Of a stretch of 64,000 bases of DNA, positions 47,718 to 56,798 are shown one piece after another. The position numbers and the translations under genes are program-made. Source of the stretch: Acidimicrobiia bacterium (lineage in GTDB: Bacteria; Actinomycetota; Acidimicrobiia; Spongiisociales; ZC4RG35). The DNA lies in NCBI GenBank assembly GCA_036556665.1, contig DATBIX010000077.1, positions 9,257-73,256 on the forward strand, in the 5' to 3' direction. The number at the start of each line of letters is the position of its first letter. The stretch's first letter is position 1. Under the pieces are notes generated by a model that saw only the letters and a list, made by a program, of their open reading frames with translations, had not been told where the DNA came from and did no database searches.

Positions 47718-47738
47718 CGGGAGAAGATACTGGCGTGC

Positions 47739-49052
47739 TCAGGTGCTCGGTTGGGCCACCACGAACGCGGAGACGGGCGGGCGGCCCGGCCCGGAGACCA
47801 CCACATCGGGATCGGTGAACTGGCGGCTGGCTCTCCCGTTGAACGAGATGCGGACGTCGGCGGCCACCTCGACCCTGCCACCCATGTCCTCGGCGATGAG
47901 TTGGGCGGTCTGTCGGATCATCACCGGGTCGGTAGCCATCACCATGCGCTGCCGCTCGGTCAGATACTGGGGAGGGGGAATGGCCCAGCTGTCGCCAGTG
48001 GCCCGATCCGTGACGATGAATGTGGCGGATGACGACTTCTCGGTGAGCATCACCTGCCATGACCCCAGATAGCCCTCACCGGTCCACTTCACGTCGCCGG
48101 GAATGAGATGATGGCGGAGCGGGATAACGGTCATCACCAGCACGTAGCCCAGCGCTATCACCACCCACCCGGGAGAGAGGCGTGTCCGGGCCGAAGGTGA
48201 TCCGGCCGGTGCGACACGCCGGAATCGTTCCGGCCATCCAGGTTCGAAGTACACCTGTGCAGACAGGCTCATCAGGAGCGGGAACAGGCCGATCGAGGGG
48301 AAGAGCATCCAGGTCACGACATGGAAGCCGACGAGGACGGCGTAGGCATAGGGCCGCGTCCGCCGCCAGCTGAGCCACCCGACGATGGTCAGGTCGAACA
48401 CGACTCCTGCCCACGAGAGGAGATAGGCGGTCACCGGCAAGGTGAGGATTGGGCCGATCAGCCACAGCTCGGAACGAGCCGGCAGCCAGGTCGAGAGTGG
48501 CTCCGCCCGAAGCAGCCAATCGCTGTTGACCTTCGCCAGCCCGGCGAAGAAGTAGACCATGCCGACCTGGAACCGGAGGAGCCATGCCACCCACAGCGGG
48601 ATGAAGGAGGCGTCGACCCGGCCGCTTCGCGCGTCCAGCGAGAAGGCGGCATGAAGGGGGAGGAACACCATCACAACCGCGGTGAGCACCATCCAGTAGT
48701 AATGGTTCAGGTAGAGGGCCCGGTCGATGGCCTCCACGTAGGCAATGGACAGGGCGAACACCGCCACCGACAACCGGTATCGATAGCCAAGCGTCACGCC
48801 TACCGCGGCGAGGGCGATGACGCCGAAGTGCAGGTGCATCCAAGGCCGGGGCAAGGGTTTCACCCAATCGAGCCATGGGTAGGTGAAGTGGTAGGGGGGA
48901 TCGACGAGCTGGGTATCGATCCACCCGTTCTCGAAGAACCTGACGACGAGGATCAGTCCCACCAGTCCAAAGCCGATGCGGAACAGAGCGGCCGAGGCGG
49001 CGCTCACCCGCGTCGTCGCCCGGTGCGGGACCCTGACCAGGACGGCGCTCAT
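47739..49052 (-). CDS. HTTM domain protein (vitamin K-dependent gamma-carboxylase homologue, membrane domain plus C-terminal extracytoplasmic domain)
   Basis: SAALFRIGFGLVGLILVVRFFENGWIDTQLVDPPYHFTYPWLDWVKPLP is the classic HTTM N-terminus. The C-terminal KWTGEGYLGSWQVMLTEK...LTERQ...ISFNGRASRQFTDPDV matches the VKGC-type distal domain. ATGA overlap with the upstream imelysin gene. Confidence 0.85.
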   Translation of the reverse strand: MSAVLVRVPHRATTRVSAASAALFRIGFGLVGLILVVRFFENGWIDTQLVDPPYHFTYPWLDWVKPLPRPWMHLHFGVIALAAVGVTLGYRYRLSVAVFALSIAYVEAIDRALYLNHYYWMVLTAVVMVFLPLHAAFSLDARSGRVDASFIPLWVAWLLRFQVGMVYFFAGLAKVNSDWLLRAEPLSTWLPARSELWLIGPILTLPVTAYLLSWAGVVFDLTIVGWLSWRRTRPYAYAVLVGFHVVTWMLFPSIGLFPLLMSLSAQVYFEPGWPERFRRVAPAGSPSARTRLSPGWVVIALGYVLVMTVIPLRHHLIPGDVKWTGEGYLGSWQVMLTEKSSSATFIVTDRATGDSWAIPPPQYLTERQRMVMATDPVMIRQTAQLIAEDMGGRVEVAADVRISFNGRASRQFTDPDVVVSGPGRPPVSAFVVAQPST

Positions 49053-50089
49053 CCGGTGTCGCCATCGGTGTCGGAGAAACCGAGAGTGATGTCGAGGAGG
49101 GACACGACGTCGGCCTCGAAGATCATCCGCAGCTCGGCGATGTCCTCATAGATCGGCACGAGCCTCTCCGGGTCGTCCCGGGCGATGTCACGCATCGGTC
49201 GGTCCAGGGCGGCGATCGCCTCGATCGATTGCTCCAGCAGCAAGTCGATGGTGTCGGCGACCTCCGCCGATCTGGCCCTGATCAGCCCCCCCAGCGAGTC
49301 GGGGTTGCCGCCCGCGAGAGCATCGCGAATGCCCACCAGCTGGGACCGGTACATGGCCGCCGCCGCGCCGGCAGCCCCTTCCGGGATGGCCTCGATCTCC
49401 GGCTGTGGGGCGGAGATCCCGAGTGCCTTGCCCAGCTCGAACAGGCTCTGTCGCTTCGTGGTCTCGACGAATGCCGAGACCAGGTCGCCGAGCGCCTGGT
49501 TGGAGGGAATGGTCACCGTGAAGGTGTCCGCCCATGGCTCGCCACCGTCGAACGACTCGACCCATGCTTCCTGAAGCGCTCGCGTCGCGTCGGCGATGAC
49601 TTCGGCTGCCGCCGTGGTCAGCTCACAGTTCCTCGCCTCGCCCGCCTCGGCCTCATCACGGAACAGGACGTACTCCACCGCCCCGAGGCCGCGCTGGACG
49701 GATGAGGCCCGGTCGCCGACGTAGGCGGCATCGATGACGGCGTCGGAGCCGAGGAGGGCATCGATCTCGTCTTGGCTGATCGGGTTGTAGTCGACCTTCG
49801 ACACGGTGCGCAGCATCTCTGCCGGACCGAAGAAGGTGGTCAGCTCAGACGCCTCCCATGCCTCCTTGGCCCTGTTCCAGGCGTCCATGGCGGCCTCGTG
49901 GGCTTTCGGGTGGGCCGAGGCGCAGAAGCCGAACGCGGCCGTCGACAGCGCTCCGGCTGCCTCTGCCGCCCCGGTCATGGCCGGGATCAGGGCCTGGTCA
50001 GTTGCATTGGAGACGACCTCGGCTTCGCCGGGGCCGGAGGCACAGGCCCCCACCAGGAGCAGACCCGCCAGCAGCGACATCCACCTCAT
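49049..50089 (-). CDS. Imelysin (peptidase M75 / IrpA-like) family lipoprotein
   Basis: Lipobox LLLVGACASG. AWNRAKEAWEASELTTFFGP is an imelysin-type helical motif. ATGA overlap with the upstream di-haem gene. Confidence 0.8.
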   Translation of the reverse strand: MRWMSLLAGLLLVGACASGPGEAEVVSNATDQALIPAMTGAAEAAGALSTAAFGFCASAHPKAHEAAMDAWNRAKEAWEASELTTFFGPAEMLRTVSKVDYNPISQDEIDALLGSDAVIDAAYVGDRASSVQRGLGAVEYVLFRDEAEAGEARNCELTTAAAEVIADATRALQEAWVESFDGGEPWADTFTVTIPSNQALGDLVSAFVETTKRQSLFELGKALGISAPQPEIEAIPEGAAGAAAAMYRSQLVGIRDALAGGNPDSLGGLIRARSAEVADTIDLLLEQSIEAIAALDRPMRDIARDDPERLVPIYEDIAELRMIFEADVVSLLDITLGFSDTDGDTG

Positions 50090-51459
50090 AGCGACTCGAG
50101 GAATGCGAGTAGTTGGGCCCGCTGCGCGGAGTCCAAGGCTGCGAAGGTGTCTCTGGCGGCGGCCGCCTCGCCCCCGTGCCACAGGATCGCTTCCTCCAAC
50201 GAGCGGGCGCGGCCGTCGTGGAGGAAGTTGAGGTGGCCGTTGACCGTCTCCGTGAGCCCGATCCCCCAGAGAGGCGGTGTGCGCCACTCTGAAGCGGTGG
50301 CCAGGCCGTCAGGCCGGCCATCGGCGAGCCCGGGCCCCATGTCGTGGAGCAGGAGATCGGTGAATGGGTAGATCACCTGGTTGGACAGAGCCTCGATCTC
50401 GGACGCGCCGGTCTCGTGGCGGGCCACGTGACAGGAGGTGCAGCCGGTCGCGGCGAAGAGGGAGGCTCCGGCGATGACATCGGGATCGTCGAGGCCCCTT
50501 CGTGCCGGCACGGCCAGCGTCTTGTTGTAGAAGACGACGTCTTCGAACCGGTCTCGTGTGATCTCGGGTGATCCGCCATCGATGGCGGCAGCGCACTCGG
50601 TCTGGGTGGGGGTGCAGTTCTCGTCAGGGAGCAAGGGCGATGTGATGCCGATGTCGCCGTTGAAGGCAGATGCCACCTGCTGGGCGACACCGGGAACATT
50701 CGCCTTCCATCCGAAGCGGCCCAGGGCGCTCCCGCCCGTGGCCAGCTCGGCGACGTGGTTGGGGCGGCCCGAGATCCCGTCGCCATCTTCGTCGTCTGGA
50801 TCGGCGAGCGAGGTGATCGAGGCCTCGGGGATAGCCTCGAGGAGCCCGGCCCCGAACACGGCTGGGGCCAGGCGAGGGGAGACGACGACGTCGACCGAGA
50901 TCTCGCCGTAGGCCAGGTCCTCGAGCTGGTACACCGGCCGGCGCAGGCTGTAGACGGAGCCATCTGGATACGAGCCCTCCTCGTCGACGTAGATGACTCG
51001 AATCGACCCCTCCGGCTCGATGCCGAGGATGGAGCGGTCCTGCAGCTGGTCTCCGTAACTCGGGTCGGGGGCTTGTTCATCGCCCGAGAGCACTCCGAGC
51101 CTGAAGAGCAGGCCCGGCTCGCCGGAGTCGGGGCTTCCCCGCCCGTCGAGGAGATGACACGAAGAGCAGGATTGTGCGTTGTGAAGTGGGCCGAGACCGT
51201 CCCGGGCATCGGTGGATGAGGGGGCGGTCACCCAGTTCTGGGTGAAGAAGCTGTCGCCGATCTCGAACCGTCTCCGTTCGTCGTTCGTCAGGTTGCGAGC
51301 GGAGTTCCCGAAGGCGTTGCGGTCGGAGGCGTTGGTGGTGCCCTCCCCACCGGAGTCCACGACCAGCAGATCGGCGGTCGGAGAGGAGCATGCAGCCAGG
51401 ACGAGCACGAGCCCGGCCAGCAGCCGGGCTCGCATCGATGCCGACCGCTCCCGACTCAC
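50086..51459 (-). CDS. Di-haem oxidoreductase/peroxidase-like lipoprotein (DUF1111 family)
   Basis: Lipobox LVLAACSS. Two haem c motifs, CSSCH and CTSCH. FFTQNW...DGLGPLHNAQSCSSCH is typical of DUF1111. Confidence 0.85.
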   Translation of the reverse strand: MSRERSASMRARLLAGLVLVLAACSSPTADLLVVDSGGEGTTNASDRNAFGNSARNLTNDERRRFEIGDSFFTQNWVTAPSSTDARDGLGPLHNAQSCSSCHLLDGRGSPDSGEPGLLFRLGVLSGDEQAPDPSYGDQLQDRSILGIEPEGSIRVIYVDEEGSYPDGSVYSLRRPVYQLEDLAYGEISVDVVVSPRLAPAVFGAGLLEAIPEASITSLADPDDEDGDGISGRPNHVAELATGGSALGRFGWKANVPGVAQQVASAFNGDIGITSPLLPDENCTPTQTECAAAIDGGSPEITRDRFEDVVFYNKTLAVPARRGLDDPDVIAGASLFAATGCTSCHVARHETGASEIEALSNQVIYPFTDLLLHDMGPGLADGRPDGLATASEWRTPPLWGIGLTETVNGHLNFLHDGRARSLEEAILWHGGEAAAARDTFAALDSAQRAQLLAFLESL

Positions 51460-51463
51460 TGGC

Positions 51464-52612
51464 TCAGCTCAGGTTGAGGTCGACTCCGAGGGCGACCGCG
51501 GCCTCGACGATGGTGTCGGTCTGGCCCTCGAGGCTAACGATCGTGTCGAAGATGGCCACCCGCCCCGGCTCTTCGTCGCTGACTCCTTCGGCTAGGTGCT
51601 GGTCGAACGGAGGTGGGATCGACTCGGCGACGGCCACGCTGGCCCCGATCTCATCCCGCAGCCGGTCGGCGAGCGCCTCGTCCTCAGCAGCCACGAGGTC
51701 GTAGATCCCGGGGCCATCGACGCTTCCCACCCTGCCCAGGTAGACCCGTTCGATACCGCTTGCATTCCCGACGATGTCGCTGGTGGTGTTGTCCGAGAAG
51801 CAGGAGTGCTCGTCTTCCTGAGATCTCGTCTCGTAGGCGACGGTCATGCGCTCGCCGGCGAGCTCACCTCGGCTGAGCTCCCCCATCCCGGTCATGATCT
51901 TGCCCAATGCCTCATCGGCGGGGAGGGCGACGAAATCGGCCCGGTAGTTGCCGGCGTCCGGCGCCCAGGCATCGACCATTCGACCCAGGTGGACGAGTAG
52001 CAGGTCGGAGGTCACCGCCAGGTACTGCGCCCGACGGTCGGCGTTGCCCGCGGTGGTGTAGTCCTCGACCGGGCGGTTGCCCGCCCCGTCTCCCGACAGG
52101 TCCTGGCCCCAGAGCAGGAACTCGATGGCGTGCCAGCCCGTGGAGATGTTCGCCTCCCCCCCGGCCTCGTTCAGCGAGACCAGCAGTTCGGCGTCGATGG
52201 TCGGGTACTCCTCGGGCATGTTGATCACACCTGCGTCCGGCGCCCCCTCCACGTAGTCGATGTATGCCTCGTCGAGGGGCCAGGCGTTGAGCAGCCCTTC
52301 CACTCCATCCTCCTCGTCGTCGATCGGCCCCCCGTAGAAGCGAAACGCCTCGGTCGGCCCATAGTCGTCTCTCGCCTTCAGCCAGGCTTCCTTGGCCGCC
52401 GCCATCGTGTCGGCGGTCGGGTCGGCGAGGAAGGTGTCGATCATCTGGTCCATCTTGCTGGCCGACGTGAGGCTGATCCGATATGACTCGTGGACCAGGT
52501 CGGCGTAGTTGGCGACTACCTCTGTCTCGAGCTCCTCCGCTGCCCCGCTGTCACCACAGGCGGCCACCACCAGGGTGATGGCGGCCACGGTCATGCTGCT
52601 CCTCCACCTCAT
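51464..52612 (-). CDS. Imelysin (IrpA/EfeO-M75-like) family lipoprotein
   Basis: Lipobox TLVVAACGD. KEAWLKARDDYGPTEAFRFYGGPID and GWHAIEFLLWGQD are imelysin signatures. Start at ATG 52612 (alternative 52594). Confidence 0.85.
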   Translation of the reverse strand: MRWRSSMTVAAITLVVAACGDSGAAEELETEVVANYADLVHESYRISLTSASKMDQMIDTFLADPTADTMAAAKEAWLKARDDYGPTEAFRFYGGPIDDEEDGVEGLLNAWPLDEAYIDYVEGAPDAGVINMPEEYPTIDAELLVSLNEAGGEANISTGWHAIEFLLWGQDLSGDGAGNRPVEDYTTAGNADRRAQYLAVTSDLLLVHLGRMVDAWAPDAGNYRADFVALPADEALGKIMTGMGELSRGELAGERMTVAYETRSQEDEHSCFSDNTTSDIVGNASGIERVYLGRVGSVDGPGIYDLVAAEDEALADRLRDEIGASVAVAESIPPPFDQHLAEGVSDEEPGRVAIFDTIVSLEGQTDTIVEAAVALGVDLNLS

Positions 52613-52665
52613 GTGAACGCTGGCTCCTCGTCGATCCCCGAGTGTCGTTAGGTACCGAACGATAA

Positions 52666-52689
52666 TTAGCACTACCCCCATAGTGCAAA
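52666..52689. promoter_or_regulatory. Inverted repeat TTAGCACTA-N6-TAGTGCAAA in an AT-rich patch of the divergent imelysin/ferritin intergenic region (candidate metalloregulator operator)
   Basis: 8 of 9 positions are complementary, read directly. It is flanked by GATAAT (52661-52666). This is the only markedly AT-rich stretch in the 128-bp divergent promoter region. Confidence 0.4.
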
Positions 52690-52740
52690 TATCGCCGATG
52701 CGGACTCGCCTAGTCTCAGGCGACCCTTCGAGAGGATCGG

Positions 52741-53250
52741 ATGAGACTGCCCGATGAGATGGAGAAGGCACTCAACGAACAGGTGACTATGGAGCTGGCC
52801 TCCGCCATCTCCTATCTCCAGATGGCCGCCTACTTCTCACATCAGAACCTCGACGGCATGTCGCGGTGGATGCGCGCCCAGTCCGAGGAGGAGAGGGCAC
52901 ACGCCGACCGGTTCCTCGACTTCATCCTGGACAGGGGCGGCAAGGCCGTGATCGGCGAAGTGCCGAGACCGAGATCGGACTTCTCCGCCCCCGAGGAGGT
53001 GTTCGCCGCCGCCCTGGCCCAGGAGGAGGCCGTGACCGCTGCGATCCACGACCTCTATCGTCTCGCCGACAAGCTGGGCGATCTGGCCAGCTTCCCCTTC
53101 CTCCAGGACTTCATCAGCGAGCAGAACGAGGAAGAGGCGATGGTGGCCTCGATCGTGGACCGGCTCAGGCTCGCCGACGGCCAGTCCGGTGCCTTGTTCC
53201 TACTCGATCACGAGTTGGGCGGGCGACAGGGGGATCCCGGCGCCGGCTGA
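52741..53250 (+). CDS. Ferritin (non-haem, Ftn-like)
   Basis: LNEQVTMELASAISYLQMAAYF...EEERAHADRFLDFI...ALAQEEAVT is the ferroxidase-centre pattern of ferritins. Confidence 0.9.
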   Translation: MRLPDEMEKALNEQVTMELASAISYLQMAAYFSHQNLDGMSRWMRAQSEEERAHADRFLDFILDRGGKAVIGEVPRPRSDFSAPEEVFAAALAQEEAVTAAIHDLYRLADKLGDLASFPFLQDFISEQNEEEAMVASIVDRLRLADGQSGALFLLDHELGGRQGDPGAG

Positions 53251-53281
53251 CCCAGACCGGAGCCGCGCCTACCGTTCTCCC

Positions 53282-54100
53282 ATGGCACGGATCGACGCCA
53301 GGGAGCGGGCAAAGCTGCCCAACAGCGCCTTCGCCTACATCGACTCCAAGGGCAATCGCCGACTTCCGATCAACGACGAGGCCCACGTGCGCAACGCCTT
53401 GTCACGGTTCAATCAAGTGAAGTTCGAGAGCGCCGAGGCACGCGAGCGGACCTTCCGTCGTTTGCTCAAGGCCGCCACCGAGTACGGGATCGCGCCGGTC
53501 GGCTTCGTCACCAGACAGCTGCGCGAGGCGCGGGCCGAGACCGCGGCGGACCTTCCCTCGGGGTCGGTGACTCTGATGCTCACCGACATCGAGGGCTCGA
53601 CCGGGTTGGTCCAGGCCCTCGGCGAGGGGTATCCCGGAGTTCTCGAGGAGGTGCGCAGTCTCATCCGGGAGGCCGTGGCGGGCGCCGACGGCTACGAGGT
53701 CGACGCCAGGGCCGACGAGTTCTTCGCCGCGTTCGGCCGCGCCCGCGATGCGATCGGCGCTGCGGTCCAGGTCCAGCGCGATCTGGCGAGCCGCACCTGG
53801 CCTGGAGGGCGCACGGTCAGGGTGAGGATCGGCATCCATTCAGGCAGCCCCGCACTCACCGACACCGGGTACGTCGGGCTCCCCGTGCATGTCATGGCCA
53901 GGGTCTGCGCCGCCGGCCACGGTGGACAGATTCTGCTCACCGCCGAGACCCGGCTCGAGCTCGCCGATGAAACCGTCGACATGACCAGCCTGGGCTCATA
54001 CCGGCTTCAAGGCCTCCCCGGGACGGCCGAACTGTTCCAGGTGGGCGCCGAGGGCATGGAGAGCGAGTTCCCCCCGCTCCGCATCTCCGATCAGAGGTGA
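53282..54100 (+). CDS. Class III adenylate/guanylate cyclase domain protein with an uncharacterised N-terminal domain
   Basis: VTLMLTDIEGST...DEFFAAF...RIGIHSGSP...GLPVHVMARV is the cyclase homology domain. The N-terminal roughly 75 aa (LPNSAFAYIDSKGNRRLPINDEAHVRNALSRF) is a separate module. Confidence 0.8.
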   Translation: MARIDARERAKLPNSAFAYIDSKGNRRLPINDEAHVRNALSRFNQVKFESAEARERTFRRLLKAATEYGIAPVGFVTRQLREARAETAADLPSGSVTLMLTDIEGSTGLVQALGEGYPGVLEEVRSLIREAVAGADGYEVDARADEFFAAFGRARDAIGAAVQVQRDLASRTWPGGRTVRVRIGIHSGSPALTDTGYVGLPVHVMARVCAAGHGGQILLTAETRLELADETVDMTSLGSYRLQGLPGTAELFQVGAEGMESEFPPLRISDQR

Positions 54101-54286
54101 CCGTCGACCGACAGCCGCGCCTTGCCGGTCCGACCGGCGCGGACCAATGCCCCTACCTCGTCGGTGGGCGACGAATCACACTCGAGACATGACCGATCTC
54201 GCCACTCACCCCACCGGAGCCTCGCGGTGATCATGCTCATCCCCTTGTTCTCGCCCCGGCAGGGTCGAGTCGCCCGGTAGGGGCGA

Positions 54287-55162
54287 GTGCGGCGCGGCGC
54301 CCTTCTCGTCCTCGTCCTCCTCGCCGGTTGCGCCGGAGAGGCCGTTCTCGACGCCGGCTCGGCCCTGACGACCTCGTCCCCCAACTCGCCCTCATCGTCG
54401 ATCCCGTCCAGCGGGGAGGCGACGACCTCCGAGTACCTCCCCGGGGTCGAGGCCACCGTTCTCCTCCCAGCCGACGTTCGAGCGGCGCCGCTGGTCGTTC
54501 TCGTCCCCGGCGGGGCATGGCTCACCGCCGACCCGACCGGCTTCCAGGGTCTCGCCCGATATTTGGCCGACGCAGGAGTTGCAGCCGCCCCGGTGGAGGT
54601 TCGGGCCGCCGAGGACGGCGTCCTCTATCCGACGCCGATCGAGGACGTCATCTGTGCCGCGGCGTTCGCGGCAGACACTGCCCGAGCCGATGGGATCGAG
54701 CCTGACCCGGTGGTGGTGCTGGGCCATTCCTCCGGAGCCCATCTCGCCGCTCTGGCGGTCCTCACCTGGGGCGAGCACACCCCCGCCTGCGCCCAGCCCC
54801 TGGTCACACCCGATGCACTCATCGGCATGGCAGGCACCTATGACGTCAGCATCCTCCCGGACCTAGCTCTTCCATTGTTCGGTGTGAGTCCCGAGCAAGA
54901 CAGCGAGTTGTGGGAATCGGGCAACCCGGTGAGCCAGGCTTCGCTGAGACCGGAGGTCCCCGCGCTCCTCATCCACGGCGATGCAGATGATCTGGTCCCC
55001 GTCTCGTTCACCACCTCGATGGCCGATGCCCTGGAATCGGCTGGGCACCCGGTGACGGTGGAGCTGGTGAGTGGGGCGGATCATCATCAGGTCTACTCGG
55101 CGGAATCATCGGGCCATCTGATCACGACGTGGGTCCGCCAATTGGCTCGACCGGCCGGTTGA
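54287..55162 (+). CDS. Alpha/beta hydrolase (esterase/lipase-like) lipoprotein
   Basis: Lipobox VLLAGCAG, nucleophile elbow VVLGHSSGAHLA, and late HGDADDLV plus H residues. GTG start. Confidence 0.8.
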   Translation: MRRGALLVLVLLAGCAGEAVLDAGSALTTSSPNSPSSSIPSSGEATTSEYLPGVEATVLLPADVRAAPLVVLVPGGAWLTADPTGFQGLARYLADAGVAAAPVEVRAAEDGVLYPTPIEDVICAAAFAADTARADGIEPDPVVVLGHSSGAHLAALAVLTWGEHTPACAQPLVTPDALIGMAGTYDVSILPDLALPLFGVSPEQDSELWESGNPVSQASLRPEVPALLIHGDADDLVPVSFTTSMADALESAGHPVTVELVSGADHHQVYSAESSGHLITTWVRQLARPAG

Positions 55163-55198
55163 GTCAGACGGTTCGCATCAGTCCCTTCCCGGTCGCGG

Positions 55199-55618
55199 TC
55201 AGATCGCCCTCATCCGGTTGTTGCGTGCGTTGTGCTCCACCTCCGCCAGCCCGAGCGCTTCGAGCACGGGTGGGATGTAGTTGCCGACTCGGCCGCGCAG
55301 GCCCTTCTTCAGCCCGTACCAGCCGCCGATCGGGTTGTCCGCCGACCGTGCCCATGCCTCGACCGTGCCTTCCGCCGCCGGCTTCTGCTCGTCGGCGTTG
55401 CCCAATGGGACCCAATCGCCCCTTTCCTTGAGCATCTCATGGAGATCGTCGATGATCCGCAGGTCGTAGTGGAGCACGGTCGACCCGACCGTGCACACCA
55501 GGACCGGTGGGTCGTGGTCCTCGTCACGATGCATCAGGATCTCCGAGCCCAGACTCGGCGTCTTCAACACCCAGGGGTCGTCGGCAGTCCCGGAACCGGT
55601 GAACGGTGCTGCGGTCAT
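55199..55618 (-). CDS. Conserved hypothetical cytoplasmic protein
   Basis: Coding-like composition (GTADDPWVLKTP...GGWYGLKKGLRGRVGNYIPPVLEALGLAEVEHNARNNRM). Start at MTAAPF (55618). No family name recalled with confidence. Confidence 0.6.
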   Translation of the reverse strand: MTAAPFTGSGTADDPWVLKTPSLGSEILMHRDEDHDPPVLVCTVGSTVLHYDLRIIDDLHEMLKERGDWVPLGNADEQKPAAEGTVEAWARSADNPIGGWYGLKKGLRGRVGNYIPPVLEALGLAEVEHNARNNRMRAI

Positions 55619-55722
55619 CGACTGTCTCCTTGCTCGCTCGGTAACCGTAGCCCGTCTGCCCATCGGCCCCCGACCGGGTCGGGGAGGGGCGGGGGTGGTC
55701 CCTGATTGCCTGCAGGCGTCGT

Positions 55723-56736
55723 GTGAGCGAGCATCGCCCTGTGAAAGAGGGCATTGGAGCCAGGACTTCTGCCCGCCCAACCGATCGGCGACATCCGGGC
55801 TGGCTGGTCTTCTTCGTGGTCGCCCTCGGCGCCGTCTGGCTCGCCGTCGTCTTCGGTGACCAGATCGCCTCGTGGTGGGAGAGACTGTCCACCCTCTTCA
55901 CCTCGCCAGAGGAGTTCAGGGCCTGGGTCGAGAGCTTCGGGGCCTGGGGCCCGCTGGTTTACGTGGCCGCCCAGGCGCTTCAGGTGATCCTGGCCCCGGT
56001 CCCCGGCACACTCTTCCCACCGGTCGGCGCTCTCGCCTTTGGCCCGTGGCAGGCCATGGCGCTCAGCCTGGTCGGGCTCGCCCTCGGGTCGGCGGCGGTG
56101 TTCCTCGCCGCGCGACGTTGGGGGCGGCCATGGGCCGAGCGGTTGGTAGGGCACGACGTGATCATTCGCTATCAGAACCTGATGACCGCGCGCGGGGGCC
56201 TGCTGCTTTGGGTCATCTTTCTCTTCCCCCTGCTCCCGGACGATGCCGTCTGCGCTCTCGCCGGGTTGTCCGGGCTCTCCTTTCCCCGTTTCATGATCAT
56301 CGCCACCCTGGGCCGGGTCCCTGCCGTCGCCGCCGGCGTCTTCGCCATGGCCGGGTTGGAGGAGGCTCCAACCTGGGTATGGGCCGCGGCCGGCGGGCTC
56401 TTCGTCGTCCTCGTCTGGCTGGGGCTTGCTTACGGTCCGAGGGCGGAATCCTGGTTCCTGCGTCACTTGCGGCGAGAGGGGGCAACCGGGCGAGATCGCA
56501 CCCTTTCGGTCGTCCCGGCCGTTGCTCGAGAGCAGTCCACGGCGGTGTCTGACATGGCCGAGGCCGAGGCGGCCCCGGAGCGTCTGGGCCAGGTGGTGGG
56601 CATCGTGGTGACGGCCACGCTGGTCACAGCTGCAATCGCTCTCTCCACCGGGATCTCCGGCCTGGCCGAAGGGATCGTCCTGGTGTGGGGGGCGGCGCTT
56701 GCGGTGCTGGTCGCCTGGGTCAGGGAAGACGACTGA
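55723..56736 (+). CDS. TVP38/TMEM64 (DedA/SNARE-associated-like) family membrane protein
   Basis: GPLVYVAAQALQVILAPVPGTLFPPVGALAFG...LFPLLPDDAVCALAGLS is diagnostic. The exact start (GTG 55723) is uncertain. Confidence 0.8.
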   Translation: MSEHRPVKEGIGARTSARPTDRRHPGWLVFFVVALGAVWLAVVFGDQIASWWERLSTLFTSPEEFRAWVESFGAWGPLVYVAAQALQVILAPVPGTLFPPVGALAFGPWQAMALSLVGLALGSAAVFLAARRWGRPWAERLVGHDVIIRYQNLMTARGGLLLWVIFLFPLLPDDAVCALAGLSGLSFPRFMIIATLGRVPAVAAGVFAMAGLEEAPTWVWAAAGGLFVVLVWLGLAYGPRAESWFLRHLRREGATGRDRTLSVVPAVAREQSTAVSDMAEAEAAPERLGQVVGIVVTATLVTAAIALSTGISGLAEGIVLVWGAALAVLVAWVREDD

Positions 56737-56798
56737 AGTCCACCCATCGGCCACACGCGGCGGCGTACGGTTCCGCATCCGAGAGAGCCAGGAGTGTC

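Noticed and set aside
52648-52666. Canonical 19-bp IdeR/DtxR box starting at TTAGGTACC, and a Fur box starting at GATAAT.
   Set aside because: Only the left half (TTAGGT or GATAAT) matches. The right halves do not complete either palindrome, so I report only the observed inverted repeat without naming the regulator.
54091-54525. A 144-aa minus-strand ORF spanning the cyclase/esterase intergenic gap, with a possible roughly 49-aa small protein in its 3' part.
   Set aside because: Arg/Pro/Thr-rich composition. It overlaps the lipoprotein-signal-encoding start of the esterase gene and the cyclase stop. No RBS or motif supports it.
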